A DNA stretch of 34,846 nucleotides, taken from Octopus bimaculoides (lineage: Eukaryota). Shown one piece after another: positions 24,151 to 32,670 of the stretch. The notes beneath the pieces are model-generated. The model was not told the origin of the DNA. It made no database searches and saw nothing but the letters and a program-made list of their open reading frames with translations. Position numbers and translations under genes: made by a program. The DNA is taken from assembly GCF_001194135.2 (NCBI RefSeq), contig NC_069003.1, positions 5,906,545 to 5,941,390 of the forward strand, given 5' to 3'. Numbering within the stretch: the stretch's first letter is position 1; each line of letters starts with the position of its first letter.

Positions 24151-24556
24151 CATCATCAATATTTAATGCCACTTTTCCATGCTTGTAAGGAGTCAGGTGG
24201 AGTTTATTGATGCAGATTTTCTACAGATGAGTAGTGTTGTTGTTGTTGGCAACCCCTACCTGTTCCCAAGCAAGTGGTATTTCCCTTTGGTCAGACAGTT
24301 TTTCACAGAAAACTGGAATGAACAATCTTGCTTGTATGACAACAATGCTCATTTACAACCATCATGACGTCTAGACAAGGCTATACACAAACATACATAC
24401 ATACACACACGACAGGCTTCTTTCAGTTTTCATCTACCAAATCCACTTAGAAGGCTCCGGTTGACCTGGGGCTATAGTAGAAGACAGTTGCCCAAGGTGC
24501 TGTGAACCCAGGACTATATAGTTAGGAAGAAACCTTTGTAACTATAAAACCATCAT
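24151..24556 (-). mobile_element. tRNA-derived SINE, type B (type-A head, different body, RTE-like 3' tail)
   Basis: The head reverse complement is ...GGGTTCACAGCACCTTGGGCAACTGTCTTCTACTATAGCCCC...GTGGATTTGGTAGATGAAAAACTGAAAGAAGCCTGTCG. The body is shared with 27337-27678. The tail is AGCATGGAAAAGTGGCATTAAATATTGATGATG. Confidence 0.8.
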
Positions 24557-24661
24557 ATAAATTGGCATTTCATCAATATCGTCGCCATCTTTCTGTTTAC
24601 TCCCATCCAAACTTTATATAATGTGGGGGTAGGCATGTATCTTCTCTTTAGCAAGAACACC

Positions 24662-24972
24662 TGTGCTTCACTGAGTGGTTAAGGTATTCAGTTCACAGTC
24701 ATAAGGTCATGAGTTCAATTCTCGGTAGTGTGTTGTGTCTTTGAGCAAGACACTGTATTCCATGTTGTTCTACTCCACTCAGCAGGCAAAAGTGAGTTGT
24801 ACTTGTATTTCAAAAGGCCAACCTTGTCACACTCTGTTTCACAATGAATCTCTCCAAGACCTATGTTAAAATCAAACATGTCTGTGGAGTGCTCAGCCAC
24901 TTGCACATTAATTTCACGAGCAGGCAGTTCTGTTGATTGGATCAACTGGAATACTTGTCATAACCAACAGAC
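24662..24972 (+). mobile_element. tRNA-derived SINE, type C
   Basis: A-box-like TCACTGAGTGG (24668-24678) and B-box-like AGTTCAATTCT (24712-24722), then TTGAGCAAGACACT, a post-tRNA segment seen in CORE/V/Meta-type SINEs, and a unique body. Confidence 0.7.
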
Positions 24973-25270
24973 TTCCAACATCTGGCATAATGCCACCTGT
25001 TTCACTCAAAAATACCTCCCCATCACATTCAGTTTGTGGGTTTTTTCTCTCTCTTCATTTGTCCTTCAAAATACTTGGTGGTGACCTCACTAGTTCTAGT
25101 TCAACAATGTGGATGAGGTTGAAAACGGGGGGGGGGGGGAGTTTTTTTGCCTTTAAAACAGCCAAACGGTATAAGCATGCAATTGAGCTTCTGGCACAAA
25201 CATGGCAATAGACAAAAGAGTATATCTTGATGAATAATCATTTTGTAGGCAGTTTGTTTCAACTATTAAT

Positions 25271-25523
25271 GCCACTTAAAGAGCACCTGTGCAGGTGCTG
25301 CATAAATGGACCCATGTTGGCAGCACATAAAAAGCACCTAACACACTGTTAAGTGGTTGGCATTAGGAAGGGCATCCAGCTGTAGAGACCATGCCACAAC
25401 AGACAGTTTAGAAACAGATAAAGGTTGGCAACAGAAAAGGCATCAGATTGTAGAAAATCTGCCTCAACAAATTTCATCTGCCCCTTGCAGGCATGAAAAA
25501 GTGGGTGTCCAGTGTTGATGATA
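25271..25523 (+). mobile_element. RTE 3'-UTR fragment fused to a type-B SINE tail
   Basis: AAAGAGCACCTGTGCAGGTGCTGCATAAA...TAAAAAGCACC...GGTTGGCATTAGGAAGGGCATCCAGCTGTAG matches 26525-26620. It is followed by a second copy of the motif and GCATGAAAAAGTGG...TGATGAT. Confidence 0.75.
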
Positions 25524-25942
25524 TTTTTGTCATTGGAAAAAGAATATTGATAAAACATGGGATTGTTGTGCACACAGATTGTTACTAAAAGTTTTGAGGA
25601 AATATTATCTGTTTCTATTATCATGTTAACAACTAACTTAACTATATTTATGTCATTCTGTGTAACTTACCTTGGCCATAAGCTTGTTGGGTTGAAATCT
25701 CAGCTTTAGTTGTTATAAAGGAAAATAGTCACCAAATCATACAGATAAGTCACAATTAATACATCTCAACATAATCAGTATCTCTCTAGGGTAACCACGA
25801 GTGAGTAAAGATATATCTATTTCTCACTTTCTTCAAACACACACACACACACATCATACTTCATTTTCGTATTTGGTTTGCAAGATCTTGTGAATTCATG
25901 AGTTGAAACAAATCTTGGTAGGGTCATTGCACCATTAATAAT

Positions 25943-26729
25943 AAGACAGTTTCCATTACTAAAGTGGCCAAATTAGTAGTGGGGGGGGGGTAACTGCTCC
26001 AAAAGCACAGCTGCAAGAATAAGAATAGGCTGGGCCAAGATCAGACAGCTACTAACCTCTTTTAGTGACTACTAAGGGTATGCAAAGACTTGAAAGAAAT
26101 GAAGCCATTATGCTTCGCTGGATGGGTAATATCAGTGTGCATATTCAACAGAGTGTAAGTGGTTTGAGACAGAAACTGGGTATACATAGAATCAGATGTA
26201 GTGTGCAAGAGAGAGGAGTGTGCTGGAATGGCCATGTAATGCATATGAACAAAGACAGTTGCATCAAGAGATGCTGTTATCTAATTGTAGAGGGAACATG
26301 TGGAAGGGGTAGACCCAGAAAGCTGTGGGACGAAGTGGTGAGAAAGGATCTACAAACGTTGGAACTCACAGAGGGGATGACAAGGGATCAAGATTCCTGG
26401 CAGTTTATTGAGCTTGAAAAGCCATATCAAGCTAAGTAAAAGCATGGTTATCCTTGCATACAGGCTCGTCTCTTGCAACCCTCTCCAGCTGAGCATCCCT
26501 AATCGCACAGGCTTGTAGGTGTTGGTACCACATAAAAAGCACCTGTGCTGGTGCTGCATAAAGGCACTCAGTACCTTTTGTAAAGTGGTTGGTGTTAGGA
26601 GGGGCATCCAGCCATGGAAACCATTCCAAGACAGCTGGAGTCTGAACAGCCCCTTCAGCTAGTCAGCTCCTGTCAAACCATACAACCCATGCCAGCACAG
26701 AAAACATGTGAATTGATGATGATGATGAC
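25943..26729 (+). mobile_element. 5'-truncated RTE-clade LINE (copy 2, older and internally deleted)
   Basis: Translates to AARIRIGWAKIRQLL, then MQRLERNEAIMLRWM...WNGHVMHMNKDSCIKRC...GRGRPRKLWDEVVRKDL...QAK* (stop at 26439). The 3' UTR ends CAACCCATGCCAGC... with a (GAT)n tail at 26714-26728. Confidence 0.9.
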
Positions 26730-26779
26730 ACATATGGGTTCAGTATCAGTTTTTTACAGTTAGTCAATTTGGTTAAGTT

Positions 26780-26994
26780 TCTAACCAAGTTAAGTAACTG
26801 ATTGCTTGTTTGATGTGTTGGTTAAACAATCAAGTGGTTGTTTGTTAGTCAAAGTCCCTTCATTGCTATTAGCAACCTCATCAATGACAGGCCTTCTCTC
26901 TTCAATAGCAATGAAAGGACTTTGACCAAACAAACAACTGGTTGATTGTTTAACCATCACATTAAACAAATGATCAATTAGTAAATTGGTTAGA
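26780..26994. repeat. Long inverted repeat (91-bp arms, 33-bp spacer), MITE/fold-back-like
   Basis: 26780-26870 aligns to the reverse complement of 26904-26994 with about 13 mismatches and 2 single-base gaps by hand alignment. Confidence 0.9.
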
Positions 26995-27336
26995 TATTAT
27001 TGCTGTAATGACCCTCCCAAGACAGAAATTTCATTAAAACGTGTTAAAAAACAATAATTAAAAGGTGTTAGGGTTAAAAATTAAAAGAAGTTCAACAGGA
27101 TAAATCAGAAATAAATGTTATATAAGAAAAAATTTCCAACAAATTTCTGAGAGTACCTTTAAACAGGTAATAACGAGTAAAAATAAACTCCACTAACCTT
27201 GAGTAGAGGGAAAATACCCTGAACATTTGGTTTCTAAAGAATATAAAATATAATTGATGTAAATATCTGTTTCCAAAGAATGGATTCTTAGAGTAAAGCT
27301 GTAGAAGAATCTGGTTTGGCATAATTACATTAGCTA

Positions 27337-27678
27337 GATTGCAAGGAACAGATGAAATTTATTGAGGTGGATTTTCTACAGTTGGATGCCCTTCCTGTTG
27401 CCAACCCTAATTTGTTTCTGAGCAAGTTAATATTTTCCCATAGTCAGACAGGTTTTTTTCTTTTTTAAACAGAAGACTGGAAACAAATGACCTTGATGTC
27501 TGGACAAGGGTACACATGATGGCCTTTCAGTTTCTGTTGACCAAATCCACTCCCAAGACTCTGGTTGGCCCTAGGCTATACGAGAAGACACTTGCCCAAG
27601 GTGCCAAGCAGTAGGGCTGGACCCAAGATCACATGATTAAGAAGTAAGCTTCTAAATCACACGGCCATGCCTATGCCT
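27337..27678 (-). mobile_element. Type-B SINE, second copy
   Basis: The head reverse complement is AGGCATAGGCATGGCCGTGTG...GGCACCTTGGGCAAGTGTCTTCTCGTATAGCC. The body and the GGGTTGGCAACAGGAAGGGCATCCAACTGTAGAAAA motif are shared with 24151-24556 and 25423-25457. Confidence 0.82.
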
Positions 27679-27954
27679 ACATTCAGTTTTAATAAATATA
27701 AAATTTGGTTGAGGTAAATAATAGTTTGCAAAGAAAGGTAAGAGTAAGGTTGTGGAAGATTCTAGTTGACTGACATGACAGGGGTAAATCACTATGTTAG
27801 CCAGCTATATATCATAAATTGGGAAGGCTGGAGGGTTTAATGTGAACGCCATATCTTTCATTTAAAAAAAAAAAAAAAGGATAATAACCATGGAACAAAA
27901 TCGAACATATTTATAGGCCTGGCCCACCCAAATTTATACACGGGTTTCACAGAC

Positions 27955-28062
27955 TGGACTGTGGCTATACTGGGACATGCTCTGCAACAGTCCTGGTTGA
28001 TTAGATCATTCCCTTATTTGATCTGCTATTTTATTGGTCTCTATTTACTGAATAACTAAGTT
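27955..28062 (-). mobile_element. Degenerate type-A SINE body fragment
   Basis: GACTGTGGCTATACTGGGAC...TATTGGTCTCTATTTACTGAATAACTAAGTT resembles 20497-20570 and the reverse of 28665-28780. Confidence 0.5.
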
Positions 28063-28114
28063 TACTTCTTGGGTGCAAAGACCCATAATGCAACAAGGTT
28101 TGACATACTTCTCA

Positions 28115-28240
28115 ACCCAGTTGTTTTGGGGTTTACTCCCAGTGTTGCACCTTGGCCAAATGTCCTCTGTTATGGCCCCAGGCCAACCAATGTCTTGTGA
28201 GCTTTATAGAAAGAAACTGTAGGATGCCTGTCATATATAG
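28115..28240 (+). mobile_element. Degenerate type-A/B SINE head fragment
   Basis: GGGTTTACTCCCAGTGTTGCACCTTGGCCAAATGTCCTCTGTTATGGCCCCAGGCCAACC...CTTGTGAG...AGAAACTG is similar to 28526-28640. Confidence 0.6.
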
Positions 28241-28431
28241 ATACACATCCTCATGTTAATAAAAATATGTGGGTCTTATTTTCTCCTACATTTGCTCTGT
28301 ACATCATAACAAGTACTACTGTTTAGTAAAATAGTTACTTAAAACCTGGAATATGATGATCTACAGGCAGTTCTAAACACAACATTAACAGTTGCACATC
28401 TATTTGTACAAACAATATATTCCCTTCCTCT

Positions 28432-28434
<3 letters not shown>

Positions 28435-28473
<39 letters not shown>
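28435..28473. repeat. (TA)n microsatellite
   Basis: Direct reading. Confidence 0.95.
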
Positions 28474-28475
<2 letters not shown>

Positions 28476-28477
<2 letters not shown>

Positions 28478-28797
28478 GAGGCATGGCAGTGTGGTAAGAA
28501 GCTTGCTTCCTAACCACATGGTTCTGGGTTCAACTCCACTGTGTGGCACCTTGGTCAAGTGTCTTCTGCTATAGCCTCAGACCGATCAAAGCCTTGTGAG
28601 TGAATTTGGTAGACAGAAACTGAATGAAGCCCGTCATATATATGGTATGTTTACATCCCTGTAACATAGTGGTTCGACAAAAGAGACCAATAGAAGTACT
28701 AGGCTTGCAAAGAACAAGTCATGGGGTCAATTTGTTCAACTAAAAAACTCCTTTAAGGTGGTGCTCCAGCTTGGCCACAGTTAAACAAGTAAAAGAA
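28476..28797 (+). mobile_element. Near full-length tRNA-derived SINE, type A
   Basis: A-box TGGCAGTGTGG and B-box GGTTCAACTCC, then GGCACCTTGGTCAAGTG (similar to the CORE-domain ACCTTGGGCAAGT), a body, and the 3' end AACAAGTAAAAGA. Confidence 0.88.
28484..28537 (+). promoter_or_regulatory. Internal RNA Pol III type-2 promoter (A box 28484-28494, B box 28527-28537) of the SINE
   Basis: The B box matches GGTTCRANNCC exactly. The A box is close to TRGCNNARYGG. Spacing is tRNA-like. Confidence 0.7.
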
Positions 28798-28916
28798 TAT
28801 GCATACATACACACATTAATGTCAACATCCCATGGTGAATGAGGTATATATTCCTCGACATTATGACCGATTACTCTGTGCTTTCAAAAAAGTAGCCATT
28901 TACTTGAGAAAAAGAA

Positions 28917-29012
28917 GAGTTTGACAATGGGAAGAGCATTCAGCTGTAAAGTCTTGCCTCAGATATCTCTGTTCAATGTATGCTAGTAAGGGAGAAGAAA
29001 AATAAAATGCAT
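28917..29012 (+). mobile_element. Degenerate type-B SINE 3' tail
   Basis: GAGTTTGACAATGGGAAGAGCATTCAGCTGTAAAGTCTTGCCTCA resembles the shared GTTGGC..AGGAAGGGCATCCAGCTGTAGAAAA motif. Confidence 0.5.
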
Positions 29013-29309
29013 GTTGAAACAGATGGAACGTCTGTGTGTCTGTGTGATGGCCTTTCTTCTGCACAGCTTCTTCCAAGCAAATTTAAAAACTGAGTAACTC
29101 AAGAAAATAGGCATTTCCCAATGGCGTGGCCAAAAAAAAAAAAAGGAAGGCTAACAGCAGCGACGATGACTGTGTTATGTGGTTGGTATGAGAAACGGTA
29201 TCTGACTGTAAAAACCAAAGTCAACAACATAACACGAATGAGATGCAGTCCTCCAATCCATCCAAGTAAAGCAGTATCACAGAATAAAAACTGACTTACA
29301 TCACAACAA

Positions 29310-29352
29310 CCAGTCCAACCATGCCAGTATAGAAAGCAGATATCAAACAATC
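29310..29352 (+). mobile_element. Isolated, decayed RTE 3' terminus
   Basis: GTCCAACCATGCCAGTATAGAAAGCAGATATCAAACAAT, compared with the copy-1 end GTCCAACCCATGCTAGCATGGAAAGCGGACGTTAAACGAT. Confidence 0.6.
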
Positions 29353-29665
29353 ACACACACACTGTTTAATGGTTCATATTTAATACACCAGCCATGTATA
29401 GTAGGCACCTTGATTATCAGACCTGATGAGTGTTGAAAACCTATACTGCTATGTCTAAACAATTGTGTTCATTATAATTGCTTCTTGAGATGATAAGCTA
29501 CTACAATCAATTAGGTCTTCAATATTTCAGTCAATGCAATATAATTTAAAAAATATGAAGCCTTATTACGATGTTATATTTTTCTTAGGTAAATGAAGAA
29601 AATCTTGTAGCATAACACCAGGATTTTGGTGAATATAAGTGCATATCATACATGGAGTTTTACAA

Positions 29666-29668
<3 letters not shown>

Positions 29669-29708
<40 letters not shown>
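29669..29708. repeat. (TA)n microsatellite
   Basis: Direct reading. Confidence 0.95.
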
Positions 29709-29713
<5 letters not shown>

Positions 29714-29856
29714 CACATTCACACAATTGAAAAGATAACAAACAGAGCCAAAGGATTCAGGACCTATAAAGTTTGTTCAGCTTTCAACCACTGGCATTAA
29801 AACTTGACCCATAAATTCTAATAATTAAATATTCCAAAGATTGCTGAAACACACAG

Positions 29857-29896
<40 letters not shown>
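29857..29896. repeat. (GA)n microsatellite; further GA tracts at about 30265-30315 and 34591-34620
   Basis: Direct reading. Confidence 0.95.
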
Positions 29897-29944
29897 TGTG
29901 TCTGCTGTAAAGGATTAGATGTGGTTTGTCAGATGTGAAGAACA

Positions 29945-30235
29945 AGGTATTAGGTATGAAGTGGAAGATTATATGTTGTAAGGTGTAAAACGTAAGGTAT
30001 ATGTAGTGTAAAGTGCAAGGCATGAGGTTGCAATGTAAGGTGTCAGGTATGAGGAGCAAGGTGTGCAGGGTAAGGCATGAGATGTGCAGCACGAGGGAGG
30101 AACTGTAGAGTGCAAAGCTTGAGGCACCAGGTGTAAAGCATAAGGCATGAAAGATGAAGGTGTGCAGTGTAAGGCATGAAATGTATGCATAAGACGTTAG
30201 GTGAAAAATGCAAGGCATAAAACATGAAGATAAAG
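29945..30235. repeat. Cryptic degenerate 7-bp-period minisatellite (AGGTGTA/AGGCATG-like)
   Basis: Recurrent TAAGGTG, TAAGGCA, TGAGGT, CAAGGCA and CAGTGTA at about 7-nt spacing, with strong purine strand bias. Confidence 0.7.
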
Positions 30236-30544
30236 GGTGGTGGCTGTTACTGAATAATGAATCAGAGAGAGTGAGAGAGAGAAATAGTATGAGAGAGAGA
30301 GAGAGAGAGAGAGAGCAAGAGAGGGAAAGAAAGAAAGATCAGATTTTATTTCAGTGAAATAATAATTTTTTTTCTTTTTGTGATTTATCAGTGAAAAGTC
30401 AGTAGTTTTGTTTATATTTCGTTTCCTTCATGATATGATGAGGTTTTTTTTTTATATCTTTTATTGTGGTTTATTGCAGACATCTTCTTACATGGCTTTT
30501 TTTTCTTTCTTTAAACAGATTACAACTGTACTGGTTTCTAAAAA

Positions 30545-30945
30545 AAAAAAAAACACAAAACACAGCGAATGTAGTAGAACGACAACACTGCTGTGGATGA
30601 CACTGTGCTTTATCCTATACGAACACAGCAAATGTCTAAGACGTAGCTGTGTGTATATAAACAATTATATTGGTGTGTAACAATACAGTGAGGTCGATCA
30701 CACGGCCGTGCGTATAAACACTGCAGTGTCAGGAACACATGTCTATGATATTGCTCTGTATGTGTGTGTGTGTGTGTGTGTGTGACTGTGAGACACTGTA
30801 GTCTGTAATTAACATGATGTGTTTGACACAACAGTGCATACACACAACACAGCAATGTGCAACGACAGTGGTGTCTACAACACACCTAAGTATAAAACAC
30901 ACTGCTGTGTTCAACGTAACAGTGTGAAACACAGTAGTGTGCACA
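30545..30945. repeat. Cryptic degenerate minisatellite of ACAC...GTGT mini-hairpin units with an embedded (TG)n
   Basis: Units such as AACACAGCAAATGT, ACACTGCAGTGT, AACACAGCAATGTG, ACACACTGCTGTGT and AACACAGTAGTGTG. Confidence 0.55.
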
Positions 30946-31124
30946 GAAGATAAAACAAGTAAAAAAAATAAAATAAAATAAAAATAAAAAGACTTATGGG
31001 AGGTTTTTATTGTTTTTTAAAAAAAGTTTCTTTTTTTCATTAAAAAATTTTTTTTTCTCAAATAGTAATTTGGTAATTCCAAGTCACAATAAACAGTGAC
31101 GATAAAAAAGACAACCAAAAAAGG

Positions 31125-31126
<2 letters not shown>

Positions 31127-31167
<41 letters not shown>

Positions 31168-31930
31168 NNNNNNNNNNNNNNNNNNNNNNNNNNNNNNNNN
31201 NNNNNNNNNNNNNNNNNNNNNNNNNNNNNNNNNNNNNNNNNNNNNNNNNNNNNNNNNNNNNNNNNNNNNNNNNNNNNNNNNNNNNNNNNNNNNNNNNNNN
31301 NNNNNNNNNNNNNNNNNNNNNNNNNNNNNNNNNNNNNNNNNNNNNNNNNNNNNNNNNNNNNNNNNNNNNNNNNNNNNNNNNNNNNNNNNNNNNNNNNNNN
31401 NNNNNNNNNNNNNNNNNNNNNNNNNNNNNNNNNNNNNNNNNNNNNNNNNNNNNNNNNNNNNNNNNNNNNNNNNNNNNNNNNNNNNNNNNNNNNNNNNNNN
31501 NNNNNNNNNNNNNNNNNNNNNNNNNNNNNNNNNNNNNNNNNNNNNNNNNNNNNNNNNNNNNNNNNNNNNNNNNNNNNNNNNNNNNNNNNNNNNNNNNNNN
31601 NNNNNNNNNNNNNNNNNNNNNNNNNNNNNNNNNNNNNNNNNNNNNNNNNNNNNNNNNNNNNNNNNNNNNNNNNNNNNNNNNNNNNNNNNNNNNNNNNNNN
31701 NNNNNNNNNNNNNNNNNNNNNNNNNNNNNNNNNNNNNNNNNNNNNNNNNNNNNNNNNNNNNNNNNNNNNNNNNNNNNNNNNNNNNNNNNNNNNNNNNNNN
31801 NNNNNNNNNNNNNNNNNNNNNNNNNNNNNNNNNNNNNNNNNNNNNNNNNNNNNNNNNNNNNNNNNNNNNNNNNNNNNNNNNNNNNNNNNNNNNNNNNNNN
31901 NNNNNNNNNNNNNNNNNNNNNNNNNNNNNN

Positions 31931-31968
<38 letters not shown>
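31127..31968. repeat. (TA)n microsatellite flanking both sides of a 763-N gap
   Basis: TA repeats at 31127-31167 and 31931-31968. The content of the gap is unknown. Confidence 0.85.
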
Positions 31969-31972
<4 letters not shown>

Positions 31973-31974
31973 CG

Positions 31975-32176
31975 ATATTTGTAGCCACTTTAACTTGGCT
32001 GTCCATTCCAGCAGACTCTGCTGCAATCTTTTAACCCCAAGGGGACATTTCCTCTAGCTGGTTCATGATGCGCAGCTGTGCATCATTAACCAGCTACAGG
32101 AGATGTCCTCCCAGAGTTAAAAAATCACAGTAGAGCCTGCTAAAATGGACAGCCATGTTAAAGTGGTTACGAATAT
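31975..32176. repeat. Spacer-less 202-bp imperfect palindrome centred on CAG|CTG (32075/32076)
   Basis: Ungapped alignment of 31975-32075 to the reverse complement of 32076-32176 gives 82/101 identical. Confidence 0.95.
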
Positions 32177-32184
32177 TACTTGTC

Positions 32185-32570
32185 AGTATATATATATGTA
32201 TGCATATATATACAGATATACATACACACACGCATACATATAAACTCATATACTAACATGTGTTTGTGTGTATGCACATATGTATACATGTACATGTATG
32301 TATACATATACACACAGACATATAGATATATACACAAATGCCACACACACACATATACATATGCCCAAGCAAATGTAACATACATACATAGACAGACAAG
32401 AATGTAACAAAACATACACAGACACACACACACACATTTACATACAGGTGTTTGTGTGAATGTGAACATGTATAAGCACATATGTGTACATACACATACA
32501 TAGACGTATAAATATACACACAAATATAACATCCACAGATATACAAACACAAGCACATACTGTGCATGTG
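32185..32570. repeat. Compound degenerate TA/CA/TACA simple-repeat tract; similar tracts at about 33540-33830 and 34085-34450
   Basis: Direct reading. Confidence 0.9.
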
Positions 32571-32670
32571 TTTGTTTTGTGCATCTTTGAATCTTCATAG
32601 ATTTGCCTGATGAACAATTACTTACTTTGTGAATTCTCCTGAACTTACTGGGATGGAACTGACTATAATA

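Noticed and set aside
22471-24154. Possible 20-bp TSD of RTE copy 1 (ACACACACACACACAACATC versus ACATATATATATATAACATC)
   Set aside because: It would need six substitutions in a fairly young insertion. The shared AACATC is explained by both elements having GATG-type tails.
27092-27322. 76-aa minus-strand ORF (MPNQILLQ...)
   Set aside because: AT-rich composition with no recognisable motif. Only the 36-nt internal segment with splice signals is kept, as a weak candidate.
28476-28560. tRNA gene at the A/B boxes (also 21933, 24662 and 20582)
   Set aside because: No cloverleaf or acceptor stem can be built. The boxes continue into multi-copy SINE bodies.
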